Assembly (NCBI RefSeq): GCF_000011805.1
Contig: NC_006841.2
Source: Aliivibrio fischeri ES114
GTDB taxonomy: Bacteria; Pseudomonadota; Gammaproteobacteria; Enterobacterales; Vibrionaceae
Reading direction: 5' to 3' (one strand)
DNA length: 32,000 bases
Part shown: positions 10,558-20,244 of the stretch, piece after piece
Layout of the letters: every line of letters begins with the position of its first letter
Position numbering within the stretch: position 1 is the first letter of the stretch
Position numbers and translations under genes: made by a program
Notes under the pieces: model-generated
The model's input: the letters and a program-made list of their open reading frames with translations, nothing else
Databases searched by the model: none
Told to the model about the DNA's origin: nothing

Positions 10558-11808
10558 ATGGATTATAAAAACCTAACGGTACAAAAGAAAATTGCTACTG
10601 TTTTTTCTGTTATTGGTTTGGTAATGGTGGCATTTGCTCTGTTCCTTTTACAAGAATTAAATAAAGTAGAAGCAGAAGTAATTAACTTTACTGACTCTAC
10701 AGTACCGAGTGTGTTGTCTGCAGAAGAATTATATTTTGAAATGAACGCATATCGTCGAAATCAATATGCAGCATTAAATTATGAAACAAAAGATGCATTA
10801 GGCTTTTTAACTATTCTGTCGAAGCAAGAAAATGATATCAAAGCGGAGCTTGCAGCGTATGAAGCGACGGTTATTACTGAACATGAACGCCGTATCTTTG
10901 ATCGTGTTAAAAATAGTTGGAAAACCTATACGACTCAACTTAAGGATTTTAATAGTTTAGTTAGTAATCAAGAAATCAAACAAGCACAGAAAGAGTTAGT
11001 TAATTCATTTATTTTATTTGAAAATGTAGGGGCTGCATTAGATGGGTTAGTGCAAATCAATATAGGATTTGTTGCGAATAACCGAACAGCGATTATGCAT
11101 AGTGTTGATAATGTAACCACTGCAACAAAAGTGTCATTTAGTGCATTAATTGTATTTATGATTTTCGTAACTTTCTTCTTAGCTCGTCAAATTTGCCGCC
11201 CACTACATTTGGTTGTTGAGCAATCTAAAGCGATCGCAGCTGGGGATTTAACCTTTGAACTTCGTCGTGAAGAGATTGGTAATGATGAATTAGGCGCATT
11301 AGCTGATGCGAATATCGAAATGCAGTATCAATTGCGAACTTTAATTGAGAATACAATTTCAGCGGTAACTCAACTTTCAGTAGAAGTGAAAGAAATGAAT
11401 GACAGTTCAGAAAAACCGTTTAGTGATATGACAACGTCTTCTGATATTACGGTTGTTGCGGCTGCAATTGACGATATAAAAACAGCTATTGATGAACCTA
11501 AAAGAGAGTCAATTAAGCTAAATAGTATAGTTGAAATTATGGGCAGTATTGCTGAAGAAACCCATGCATTTGCTGCGAATGTAGCGAATGAGACTTCTAA
11601 TTTGGATAAACAAAATGATCGTTTTGAGATGATGGTGACTGAAGCTCATGCTCTTGCTAGTCATACTCAATTATCGACGAAAAAAGCAGTGACGTTCATA
11701 GAATCATTGCAAGAAAATATGACCTATAAAAACATTGAGCAATCGAGAATAAAATTATCTCAATTAGCAAATACACTACAAACATTTTTATCTTATTTTA
11801 AAGTGTAA
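10558..11808 (+). CDS. Degenerate or divergent methyl-accepting chemotaxis protein with an abnormal signalling domain
   Basis: The N-terminus aligns well to the two following MCPs (4HB-like sensor, TM2 '[23 protein letters not shown]', HAMP). The canonical tip '[36 protein letters not shown]' is absent. The probable start is the ATG at 10558 (MDYKNLTVQKK); the ORF opens at 10468. Confidence 0.8.
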   Translation: MDYKNLTVQKKIATVFSVIGLVMVAFALFLLQELNKVEAEVINFTDSTVPSVLSAEELYFEMNAYRRNQYAALNYETKDALGFLTILSKQENDIKAELAAYEATVITEHERRIFDRVKNSWKTYTTQLKDFNSLVSNQEIKQAQKELVNSFILFENVGAALDGLVQINIGFVANNRTAIMHSVDNVTTATKVSFSALIVFMIFVTFFLARQICRPLHLVVEQSKAIAAGDLTFELRREEIGNDELGALADANIEMQYQLRTLIENTISAVTQLSVEVKEMNDSSEKPFSDMTTSSDITVVAAAIDDIKTAIDEPKRESIKLNSIVEIMGSIAEETHAFAANVANETSNLDKQNDRFEMMVTEAHALASHTQLSTKKAVTFIESLQENMTYKNIEQSRIKLSQLANTLQTFLSYFKV

Positions 11809-12089
11809 TTTTTAAACGCTATTTATATTTTCCATAATAAATTATTGCTCTAAGCTCAAGTTAAAAAATAAATTAATTTATATAAACTTTAATGTCATTT
11901 TTCAGGCGATATAAATTTGACGGTTGAGCTTATTAAAAATGAATTTAACATGGTGTTATCAAAAAATAAGTAATTTACAGCAATAAATTTTGTCGAATTA
12001 CTTATTTTTTTACATTCGTAAAATTAGCAAAGGTTTCCGTTTCTTATGTAGTTACAAACGTTTAATTTAATTAACTTTTTTTAAATTAT

Positions 12090-12232
12090 AAAACTGTGTG
12101 ACTTTTAGATAATTTTATTTTACTTTCTCGCTTATCTACAATTTACGTTTGTAGGTGAGTTAATTCGTTAGCTCAAAATAACAATGCTCATGGAACGAGT
12201 AAAAAGAATAAATTATAAGGTTGTAAAATTAC
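12090..12232 (+). promoter_or_regulatory. Conserved 5' leader of MCP paralogue 2, possible structured RNA
   Basis: Shares blocks with 14185-14324. Contains hairpins CTACAA/TTGTAG (12136-12154) and GAGTTAA-TTCG-TTAGCTC (12157-12174). Confidence 0.4.
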
Positions 12233-13864
12233 ATGAGTTACAAAAATTTAGCAGTACAAAAGAAAATTGCAGTTGTCTTTTCTGCCATTGGCGTGGTAAT
12301 GGTTACGTTTGCTTTTTTCCTATTACAAGAATTAAATAAAGTAGAGTCTGAAGTTATTAACTTTACAGATTCTACTGTCCCAAGTGTATTGTCAGTTGAG
12401 GCAATGTATTTTGAAATGTCCGTACTACGTCGTAGTCAATATGCATCATTAACATATAAAGAATATGACTCTGGTTTAGAGGCTTTGTTTAAGCGCCAGA
12501 ATACAACTTTAGCGAATATCAAAAACATGTTAGCTAGCTACGATGCAACAGTTGCAGGAGCAGAAGAACGAAGAGTTTTTGATGCAGTACTGGCATCATG
12601 GAAGGCTTATTCAAATCTTTTTCGTGATTTTCCTCAATTAATTAAAGATCGTGAACTTGATAAAGCTCATGCGATTTTAGTTAATTCGTTAGATGATTTT
12701 AATGGTGTTGGCGATGCAATGGATGGATTAGTTGATATTAACCTTGGTTTTGTTAGTAATAACCGTACTTCCATTATGAGTAGCGTTGATAGCGTAACAT
12801 TAGCAACAAAAGTATCGTTTAGTGCATTAATCGCATTTATGATCTTTATTACTTTCTTTTTAGCTCGTCAGATTTGTCGCCCATTAAACTTAGTGGTTGA
12901 ACAGTCTAAAGCGATTGCTGCAGGTGATTTAACGTTTGAACTTCGTCGTAGCGAGATTGGTAATGATGAGTTAGGTGCGCTAGCGGATACTAACATTGAA
13001 ATGCAGCATCAATTACGAATTCTAATTGAAGATACGATTTCTGCTGTTACTCAACTTTCAGCAGCGGTTGAAGAGATGAGTGCAATCTCTGAGCAATCTT
13101 CACGTGGTATGCAACAACAACAATCAGACATCACAATGGTTGCAGCTGCAATGGAAGAGATGAAGGCAACGGTTGCAGAAGTGGCAAACAACACTGAAAC
13201 AGCATCAACGTCTGCTCTAGAAGCGTCAGAAGAAGCGAAGCAAGGTAACCAAGACGTTCAATCTAATATTGAGCAAATTCAGATTGTTTCTCGTGATATC
13301 GAACAAGCAGGAGAATTGGTTGAAGAGTTAGAACGCGAATCAAATAACATCAGCGTGGTTGTTGAAGTTATTCGTGGTATTGCTGATCAAACGAACTTAT
13401 TAGCATTGAACGCAGCGATTGAAGCGGCACGTGCTGGCGAACAAGGTCGTGGTTTCGCGGTTGTTGCCGATGAAGTTCGTTCTCTTGCTGGTCGTACTCA
13501 ATCATCAACAAGTGAAATCGTTGAAATCATTGAGAAGTTACAAGCAAGTGCTGCACACGCTAAATCAGCGACAGATCAAAGTTGTTCTAAGATCCGTGTT
13601 TGTGTAGAGCAAAGTGTTCAAACGGGTAACTCAATTCAAATGATTGAAGAAACCATGATGAAAGTAACTGACACGAGCATTCAAATTGCAAGCGCATGTA
13701 GCCAACAAGATTCTGTAACAGAAGAACTTGGTCGCAATATTCAAAGCATGAGTCTATCGGCAAGTGAAGTTGCACTGGGTGCAGAGCAAACGGCTCAATC
13801 AAGTGTTGAGTTAGCGCAGTTAGCAAATAAATTACAAACTTCTTTATCGTACTTTAAAGTTTAA
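12233..13864 (+). CDS. Methyl-accepting chemotaxis protein (paralogue 2)
   Basis: Two TMs, a HAMP region, and the canonical signalling tip '[43 protein letters not shown]'. Confidence 0.96.
   Translation: MSYKNLAVQKKIAVVFSAIGVVMVTFAFFLLQELNKVESEVINFTDSTVPSVLSVEAMYFEMSVLRRSQYASLTYKEYDSGLEALFKRQNTTLANIKNMLASYDATVAGAEERRVFDAVLASWKAYSNLFRDFPQLIKDRELDKAHAILVNSLDDFNGVGDAMDGLVDINLGFVSNNRTSIMSSVDSVTLATKVSFSALIAFMIFITFFLARQICRPLNLVVEQSKAIAAGDLTFELRRSEIGNDELGALADTNIEMQHQLRILIEDTISAVTQLSAAVEEMSAISEQSSRGMQQQQSDITMVAAAMEEMKATVAEVANNTETASTSALEASEEAKQGNQDVQSNIEQIQIVSRDIEQAGELVEELERESNNISVVVEVIRGIADQTNLLALNAAIEAARAGEQGRGFAVVADEVRSLAGRTQSSTSEIVEIIEKLQASAAHAKSATDQSCSKIRVCVEQSVQTGNSIQMIEETMMKVTDTSIQIASACSQQDSVTEELGRNIQSMSLSASEVALGAEQTAQSSVELAQLANKLQTSLSYFKV
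12811..13825 (+). repeat. Direct repeat copy A (TM2-HAMP-signalling segment of MCP)
   Basis: Nearly identical in DNA, and apparently identical in translation, to 14898-15910. Confidence 0.85.
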
Positions 13865-13886
13865 TTTTTGATTGAATTTAAAGAAT

Positions 13887-13918
13887 AAAGTGATGGCAAA
13901 TGCCATCACTTTTTTTAT
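13887..13918 (+). terminator. Rho-independent terminator after MCP paralogue 2
   Basis: AAAGTGATGGCA-AA-TGCCATCACTTTTTTT. Confidence 0.9.
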
Positions 13919-14184
13919 AAGTCCATAGGAAATCAACAATAATAGAAAGATTGTATAAAAAAATCTTTTAAAAAAAGCATTGGCGCTTTGTTTGTTGGCG
14001 GTATATTTTTGACCTTTGAGCCATAGTGAAAGTATTTTCACATTTTTTTATTGAATTTAGGTAAATTGTTACTTTTATCAATAACACCTTATTTACCTTT
14101 TTTACCATTTCAAAAATGCAATGGTTTGCTTGTTGTGGGATTTAATAACTTATTAATTTATTTAACCTTTATTGCAATTATAAA

Positions 14185-14324
14185 ACCGTGTGACTTTTTA
14201 CGTATTTTATTTTATTTTCTCGCCTCTCTGCCGATAACGTTCGCAGATGAGCTAATTTATTAGTTCAAAACAGTAATGCTCATGGAACGAGTGAGAAGAA
14301 TAATTTATAAGGTTGTAAAACATC
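14185..14324 (+). promoter_or_regulatory. Conserved 5' leader of MCP paralogue 3, possible structured RNA
   Basis: Blocks similar to 12090-12232. Contains TCTGC/GCAGA (14227-14247) and GAGCTAA-TTTA-TTAGTTC (14249-14266). Confidence 0.4.
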
Positions 14325-15950
14325 ATGAGTTACAAAAATTTAGCAGTACAAAAGAAAATTGCAGTTGTCTTTTCTGCCATTGGTTTGGTGATGATTGCGT
14401 TTGCTTTTTTCCTATTACAAGAATTAAATAAAGTAGAGTCAGAAGTTATTAACTTTACTGATTCTACTGTTCCAAGTGTGTTATCGGTGGAAGACGTATA
14501 TTTTGAAATGAACGCGTATCGTCGTAACCAATATGCAGCATTAACATATCAAGAAAAAGATTTACCAAACTTATTAGCTCTTTTGTCAAAACAAGAGGCA
14601 CAAATTCAATCTGATCTTGATGCATATGAAGCAACGGTTGCGAGTGCTGATGAACGTCGTGTTTTTGAGCGTGTTGCAAATAGCTGGCAGAAATACTTAA
14701 CTCAACTAAAAGAATTTAATGGTTTAGTTGCGAATAAAAAGGCTAAGTTAGCTCAACAAGAGCTTGTGGATTCTTTTTCTCAGTTTGAAGAAGTAGGCAC
14801 TGCTATGGATGGTCTACTTCAGGCTAACCTTGTTTTTGTTAGTAACAATAGAAAATCAATCATGGGCAGCGTTAATAACGTAACGTTGGCGACTAAAGTA
14901 TCTTTTAGTGCATTAATCGCATTTATGATCTTTATTACTTTCTTCTTAGCTCGTCAGATTTGTCGTCCATTAAACTTAGTGGTTGAACAGTCTAAAGCGA
15001 TTGCTGCAGGTGATTTAACGTTTGAACTTCGTCGTAGCGAGATTGGCAATGATGAGTTAGGTGCGCTAGCGGACACTAACATTGAAATGCAGCATCAATT
15101 ACGAATTCTAATTGAAGATACGATTTCTGCTGTTACTCAACTTTCAGCTGCGGTTGAAGAGATGAGTGCGATTTCTGAGCAATCTTCACGTGGTATGCAA
15201 CAACAACAATCAGACATCACAATGGTTGCAGCTGCAATGGAAGAGATGAAGGCAACGGTTGCAGAAGTGGCAAACAACACTGAAACAGCCTCAACGTCTG
15301 CTCTAGAAGCGTCAGAAGAAGCGAAGCAGGGTAACCAAGACGTTCAATCTAATATTGAGCAAATTCAGATTGTTTCTCGTGATATCGAACAAGCTGGTGA
15401 ATTGGTTGAAGAGTTAGAGCGCGAATCAAATAATATCAGCGTGGTTGTTGAAGTTATTCGTGGTATTGCTGATCAAACGAACTTATTAGCATTGAATGCA
15501 GCGATTGAAGCGGCACGTGCTGGTGAACAAGGTCGTGGTTTCGCGGTTGTAGCCGATGAAGTTCGTTCTCTTGCTGGTCGTACTCAATCATCAACAAGTG
15601 AAATCGTTGAAATCATTGAGAAGTTACAAGCAAGTGCTGCACACGCTAAATCAGCGACAGATCAAAGTTGTTCTAAGATCCGTGTTTGTGTAGAGCAAAG
15701 TGTTCAAACGGGTAATTCAATTCAAATGATTGAAGAAACCATGATGAAAGTGACGGACACGAGCATTCAAATTGCAAGTGCATGTAGCCAGCAAGATTCA
15801 GTAACAGAAGAACTTGGTCGCAATATTCAAAGTATGAGCCTATCGGCAAGTGAAGTTGCACTAGGCGCAGAGCAAACGGCTCAATCAAGTGTTGAGTTAG
15901 CACAATTGGCTTCAACTCTTCAGCAGTCTCTATCGCGCTTTAAAGTGTAA
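14325..15950 (+). CDS. Methyl-accepting chemotaxis protein (paralogue 3)
   Basis: Same architecture as the 12233-13864 gene. The C-terminal half is essentially identical in protein sequence; the sensor domain is diverged. Confidence 0.96.
   Translation: MSYKNLAVQKKIAVVFSAIGLVMIAFAFFLLQELNKVESEVINFTDSTVPSVLSVEDVYFEMNAYRRNQYAALTYQEKDLPNLLALLSKQEAQIQSDLDAYEATVASADERRVFERVANSWQKYLTQLKEFNGLVANKKAKLAQQELVDSFSQFEEVGTAMDGLLQANLVFVSNNRKSIMGSVNNVTLATKVSFSALIAFMIFITFFLARQICRPLNLVVEQSKAIAAGDLTFELRRSEIGNDELGALADTNIEMQHQLRILIEDTISAVTQLSAAVEEMSAISEQSSRGMQQQQSDITMVAAAMEEMKATVAEVANNTETASTSALEASEEAKQGNQDVQSNIEQIQIVSRDIEQAGELVEELERESNNISVVVEVIRGIADQTNLLALNAAIEAARAGEQGRGFAVVADEVRSLAGRTQSSTSEIVEIIEKLQASAAHAKSATDQSCSKIRVCVEQSVQTGNSIQMIEETMMKVTDTSIQIASACSQQDSVTEELGRNIQSMSLSASEVALGAEQTAQSSVELAQLASTLQQSLSRFKV
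14898..15910 (+). repeat. Direct repeat copy B (TM2-HAMP-signalling segment of MCP)
   Basis: Nearly identical to 12811-13825. Confidence 0.85.
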
Positions 15951-15991
15951 TTTGACGAGTCATTGAATTGAACTAGTGTGTACTAGAAATT

Positions 15992-16020
15992 AAAAAGGAG
16001 ATCATATGATCTCCTTTTTT
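15992..16020 (+). terminator. Rho-independent terminator after MCP paralogue 3
   Basis: AAAAAGGAGATCATATGATCTCCTTTTTT. Confidence 0.85.
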
Positions 16021-16331
16021 GTACAACAAAGAATGATAGAAAAGCATATTACCTTTCTAGCAAGCACAACGATAAACCAACAAATTAATTCTTCATTTTC
16101 ATTGATTAAGGAAGAATAACATCAAATATTTCAGCTGATTAGCCAATATAACCTTCTTTTAGTCCATTTTGCTTACATTCAATACGCGGATCATCAATAT
16201 GAAGTAAATTGAATTGATGTAGCACATACAGACGAAGCACTGATAGAGATAGTGATTAATTAAAGCTTTACATAAGAATAATTCTCAACTATATTAAGTT
16301 GTATCTGAAATGCATGTTTAAGGGCGTTGTT

Positions 16332-16553
16332 ATGATTAATTTTAAGAAAGTAACTCAAATTGGTGGTGCTATTTTATGTATCAGCTTAATAATTATAACT
16401 ATTTCATTATTAATTAGCTTTCCTTTTGCATCACATTTTTCAATTATGCAACAAGTTGCAGCGCATATAGTTACGATTGTAATCGCGGCTTTTGTTAAAA
16501 TTGGATACGTTGCTTTTATTGTTGGCAAATATGAAAGAGGATTAGCATTTTAA
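16332..16553 (+). CDS. Small hypothetical membrane protein
   Basis: 73-aa ORF from ATG 16332 (MINFKKVTQIGGAILCISLIIITISLLISF...) with two to three hydrophobic segments. Confidence 0.55.
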   Translation: MINFKKVTQIGGAILCISLIIITISLLISFPFASHFSIMQQVAAHIVTIVIAAFVKIGYVAFIVGKYERGLAF

Positions 16554-16562
16554 TCCTAAGAA

Positions 16563-16591
16563 AATGAGTAGCTTATAGATGCTACTCATTT
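16563..16591. terminator. Putative (possibly bidirectional) terminator
   Basis: AATGAGTAGC-TTATAGAT-GCTACTCATT between convergent genes. Confidence 0.5.
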
Positions 16592-16617
16592 ATGTATGAT
16601 TAAGAATGGGAAGGTAA

Positions 16618-17499
16618 TTAATTGGTTTTTTGTTTAATCGCTTTGATTAACACGGATGTATCCATTCGCCCTAAACCTTGCTCTTGAAGGTTTTGGTATT
16701 CTTGATCAACTTCTTCTGTTAGTGGCAGTTTAATATCATGAACCTTTGCTTCATCTAGACAGATACCAAGATCTTTTCTCATCCAGTCGATTGCAAAACC
16801 AAAATCAAATTTATCCTGAGCCATGGTGCTTGCGCGATTTTCCATTTGCCATGAACCGGCAGCACCGTGTTTTAATGTTTCAACAACAAGGTCAATATCT
16901 AGGTTAGCTTTTTCAGCAAGGATCAATGCTTCACTTAATCCTTTTAATACACCAGCAATACAGATCTGGTTTGCCATTTTACAGCGTTGGCCTTGGCCGT
17001 TTTCACCAAGAAGTGTAATGGCTTTTGCAAAACTTTGAATAACAGGTTTTGCGATATCAAAAGCGTCTTCGTTACCACCGCACATTACAGTTAATACACC
17101 ATTTTCAGCACCAGCTTGTCCGCCTGAGACAGGAGCATCAATAAAGTGATTACCTTGTACCTCACAGGCTTTTGCTAATTCGATTGCTAGCGTCGCTGAT
17201 GTTGTGGTGTTATCCACTAAGATCGCACCTGGTTTTAATCCAGCAAGAATGCCATCGTCGCCATAAATTACGCTACGGACATCGTCATCATTCCCAACAC
17301 AAACGAATACGATATCTGAGCCTTCAGAGGCTTCACGTGGCGTCGAAGCGGATTGCCCTTTGTATTCTGCAGCCCACTGCTTTGCTTTCGCTTCGGTACG
17401 ATTATAAACCGTTGTAGAATAACCTGCATTTTGAAGGTGACGAGCCATTGGGTAGCCCATAACGCCTAAACCGATAAAGCTAACATTAGTGATTTCCAT
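16618..17499 (-). CDS. NAD(P)-dependent oxidoreductase, 3-hydroxyisobutyrate dehydrogenase / 2-hydroxy-3-oxopropionate (tartronate semialdehyde) reductase family
   Basis: 'VSFIGLGVMGYPMARHLQNAGYSTTVYNRT', 'FIDAPVSGGQAGAENGVLTVMCGG' and 'GENGQGQRCKMANQI'. Confidence 0.9.
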   Translation of the reverse strand: MEITNVSFIGLGVMGYPMARHLQNAGYSTTVYNRTEAKAKQWAAEYKGQSASTPREASEGSDIVFVCVGNDDDVRSVIYGDDGILAGLKPGAILVDNTTTSATLAIELAKACEVQGNHFIDAPVSGGQAGAENGVLTVMCGGNEDAFDIAKPVIQSFAKAITLLGENGQGQRCKMANQICIAGVLKGLSEALILAEKANLDIDLVVETLKHGAAGSWQMENRASTMAQDKFDFGFAIDWMRKDLGICLDEAKVHDIKLPLTEEVDQEYQNLQEQGLGRMDTSVLIKAIKQKTN

Positions 17500-17649
17500 G
17501 TCGATCCTTATTTATGTTGTAATATGATAGCCATTTAGTCTACTTTCTAAGTATTTATATGATTAATAGCTTGTTGATAGGACTCATGAGAATTAAAACA
17601 TATCTTGTAACAGTTTGATATCTGAATATTAACCGTATTTTGAGTGGGG

Positions 17650-18174
17650 TTAATACTTATTCAATAAGTCGATATTGAAATCGTTTAGATCAATACCAAA
17701 ATTAATTTCAGCTGCTTTTTCATATAGTTCATTTATGCTTTTCTGAACTGAAGTAATCGTAAGTGTATTGTTATCCAAAATGAATACTTGCTTTTGAGTT
17801 GTATAATAGAAGGCAAGTATTAATAGTGAATCATGGTCATTTTGCTCTGCTTTTGTCTTTATCGCTGCAAGTTTTCGGTAAATACGGTGATGGAGCTGTT
17901 TTAGTTTCCAAACATACATAATGTCATCAAAGTATGGGTAAGTTTTAACTTTATTCATAATGAAAGAAGTGGCTATGAGACTTAAGATGACGCCTAAAAC
18001 ATTGAGGTGAAAGTTACCTGTAGACCCTGATTTTGTCACACCTTCAAAACCAAAAAATGCAATCAGAATGGATCCAAATAAAATAGCAAGAGCTGCAAGT
18101 AAAGCAACAAAAGACACCATTACAAGATTGGTTTTCTTTCGGTAAGTATCTTTATCTATATTTTGAATTTTCAT
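17650..18174 (-). CDS. DUF3087-like hypothetical membrane protein
   Basis: Intact 174-aa ORF with two N-terminal TM segments ('FVALLAALAILFGSILIAFFG'). The family assignment is from recalled resemblance only. Confidence 0.7.
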   Translation of the reverse strand: MKIQNIDKDTYRKKTNLVMVSFVALLAALAILFGSILIAFFGFEGVTKSGSTGNFHLNVLGVILSLIATSFIMNKVKTYPYFDDIMYVWKLKQLHHRIYRKLAAIKTKAEQNDHDSLLILAFYYTTQKQVFILDNNTLTITSVQKSINELYEKAAEINFGIDLNDFNIDLLNKY

Positions 18175-18319
18175 ACCAGATCTCTCTTAATGAATTTATG
18201 CTTATTAATAAGTGTAGCGCGGAAATAAGTGGAATTGGAATTAAGAAAGAGTAACCGTTAGTGTTATCAAAAATTTAGTTATGAAAGGCCAATACGTTCT
18301 ATTGAATTGTAATCAAAGA

Positions 18320-18352
18320 TAAAAAGCCATATCAAGAGGACCTGATATGGCT
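18320..18352 (-). terminator. Rho-independent terminator for the permease gene (minus strand)
   Basis: Minus strand AGCCATATCA-GGTCCTCT-TGATATGGCTTTTT. Confidence 0.8.
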
Positions 18353-18390
18353 GATTTTTATTATGTAATATCTTTTAATGCCAGACTATC

Positions 18391-19311
18391 CTAAAAGATA
18401 AATTGGTATAGGAAACCGGCTCCCATTGCCATACCTAAAATCACAGTTAGGAAGGCAATGATCATTTGGTTTTTGAAGATAGATTTCAATAAAATCACTT
18501 CAGTTAAACTTGCACCAGCACTGCCAATAATTAATGCCATAACTGCCCCTAGGCTCATACCTTTTGCAGCTAATGCCGCACTTAGAGGAATAACCGCTTC
18601 AGCTCGAATGTATAGTGGAATACCAATAACTGCAGCAACAGGAATAGCAAATGGGTTATTTTCACTTGCCACTTTAGCGACAAATTCTGTTGGCATAAAA
18701 CCGTAGATCATCGAACCAAGGGCAATACCGCCGATTAAGTAAGGTAATACTTTTTTGAAATCACTCCATGTGCTGTTCCAAATTTTCATCCATTTGCTTT
18801 GAGGTGCTTTTTTCTCTCCACCACAAGTTGAACCACAACATTTTGGCTCAGGTGCAATGTAAGCACTTTCTTTTACGTATTTTTCAAAACCAAGTTTTTC
18901 TAGTAAGTAACCTGCAATAACCGATACACCCATTGCAATAGCAAAGTAGAAAACGGTCACTTTAATACCGAAAGTAACTGCGAATAGCCCAATAATAATA
19001 GGGTTAAGTAGTGGGCTTGCAAATAAGAATACCATCATGGTACCAAATCCAGCTTTTGCTCGAAGTAAACCTTTTAAGAAAGGGATAGTTGAGCATGAGC
19101 AGAATGGAGTAATAGCACCTAGTAGACCAGCAACAAAATAGCCCCTGCCATTTTTTCCGCTCAAGATACTTTGGATTTTTGAAGGTGGAATATACTCCTG
19201 CAAAACACCAACTAGATAACTAATTAAAAGGAAAAGCACGGTTAGCTCTGCAGCTAAAAATGCAAACATATTAAGGGTGTCCATCACCATGTCTTGTGTA
19301 ATTGTAAACAT
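18391..19311 (-). CDS. ArsP-like permease family protein (DUF318)
   Basis: 'GLLGAITPFCSCSTIPFLKGLLRAKAGFGTMMVFLFASPLLNP' and 'GIPLYIRAEAVIPLSAALAAKGMSLGAVMALIIGSAGASLTEV'; Cys-containing loop 'CCGSTCGG'. Confidence 0.85.
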   Translation of the reverse strand: MFTITQDMVMDTLNMFAFLAAELTVLFLLISYLVGVLQEYIPPSKIQSILSGKNGRGYFVAGLLGAITPFCSCSTIPFLKGLLRAKAGFGTMMVFLFASPLLNPIIIGLFAVTFGIKVTVFYFAIAMGVSVIAGYLLEKLGFEKYVKESAYIAPEPKCCGSTCGGEKKAPQSKWMKIWNSTWSDFKKVLPYLIGGIALGSMIYGFMPTEFVAKVASENNPFAIPVAAVIGIPLYIRAEAVIPLSAALAAKGMSLGAVMALIIGSAGASLTEVILLKSIFKNQMIIAFLTVILGMAMGAGFLYQFIF

Positions 19312-19323
19312 AATCTAAATCTC

Positions 19324-19349
19324 TATATTTCTGGAATAATCGAAATATA
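19324..19349. promoter_or_regulatory. Inverted repeat, putative ArsR-family operator 1
   Basis: TATATTTC-N10-GAAATATA. Confidence 0.6.
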
Positions 19350-19373
19350 CGCTTTTCAATTAGCATGATCAAC

Positions 19374-19397
19374 ATATTTCTAGTAATATCGAAATAT
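19374..19397. promoter_or_regulatory. Inverted repeat, putative ArsR-family operator 2
   Basis: ATATTTC-N10-GAAATAT, same spacing as operator 1, centred about 49 bp away. Confidence 0.6.
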
Positions 19398-19418
19398 AAA
19401 TTTAATGAGGAATAAATA

Positions 19419-19730
19419 ATGGATATCGAAATTATTGCTAAAGCATTGAAAGAATTAGGACATCCGACCCGTTTGGCTATTTATAAAGGGGTTGTACGTG
19501 CGGGTTATCAAGGTATTGCTGTGGGTGGATTGCAAGAAAAATTGAATATTCCAGGTTCTACATTGTCACATCATGTATCAGGATTAGTTTCTGCTGGATT
19601 AATTACACAGCGTCGAGAAGGCCGTACTTTATTTTGTGTTGCTGAGTATGAAAAGCTCACTTCGGTAATTGATTTTTTGCAAGATGAATGCTGTTTTGAT
19701 GAATCCAGTGAGACTAATGCGGATAAGTAA
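19419..19730 (+). CDS. ArsR-family winged-helix transcriptional regulator
   Basis: 'IAKALKELGHPTRLAIYKGVVRAGYQGIAVGGLQEKLNIPGSTLSHHVSGLVSAGLITQRREGRTLFC'. Confidence 0.9.
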   Translation: MDIEIIAKALKELGHPTRLAIYKGVVRAGYQGIAVGGLQEKLNIPGSTLSHHVSGLVSAGLITQRREGRTLFCVAEYEKLTSVIDFLQDECCFDESSETNADK

Positions 19731-19753
19731 GTTAATAAAAAAGGAATAATTAA

Positions 19754-20227
19754 ATGAATGTTTATACTCAGTTTGAAAGTCCAATTGGCCAAATAACGGT
19801 TAACGCTAATGATGAGGGCTTACTTGGTGTTTGGTATGAAAGTCATAAAATGGAATTAAGTGAATTCGGTACTCGAGCCGATGACCACCCAATTTTAAAA
19901 TTAACGGTAACCCAATTAAAAGAGTATTTTCGAGGTGATCGTCGTGATTTTTCTATTCCGTTAGCGGCTAAAGGAACTGAGTTTCAAAATAAAGTATGGA
20001 AGGCATTAACGACCATTCCGTATGGTAAAACATGGTGCTACAAAGATCTTGCTATTGCAGTAGGTAACCCAAAAGCATCTCAAGCTGTGGGTGGAGCGAA
20101 TGGCAAAAACCCTATCTCTATTATTGTTCCTTGCCACCGAGTGATTGGCAAAAATGGTAGCCTCACTGGATATGCTGGTGGCGTTGATATTAAAGAAAAA
20201 TTATTGGCACTAGAATCAAACAAATAG
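19754..20227 (+). CDS. ogt: Methylated-DNA--protein-cysteine methyltransferase
   Basis: Active-site motif 'NPISIIVPCHRVIGKNGSLTGYAGG' and wHTH 'FQNKVWKALTTIPYGKTWCYKDLA'. Confidence 0.92.
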   Translation: MNVYTQFESPIGQITVNANDEGLLGVWYESHKMELSEFGTRADDHPILKLTVTQLKEYFRGDRRDFSIPLAAKGTEFQNKVWKALTTIPYGKTWCYKDLAIAVGNPKASQAVGGANGKNPISIIVPCHRVIGKNGSLTGYAGGVDIKEKLLALESNK

Positions 20228-20244
20228 GTACATTGACTTATGTT

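Noticed and set aside
13587-13826. Minus-strand ORFs inside the MCP genes (also 14464-14679 and 15673-15915)
   Set aside because: They are shadow ORFs of strongly coding, repeated plus-strand genes. Their translations are low-complexity or unlike proteins, and the repeated copies simply mirror the gene duplication.
14230-14237. GCCGATAA resembling a sigma-28 -10 element upstream of the third MCP
   Set aside because: No TAAA at the right spacing upstream, and the paralogous leader at 12090-12232 lacks it. It also lies in the loop side of a hairpin, so it is probably coincidental.
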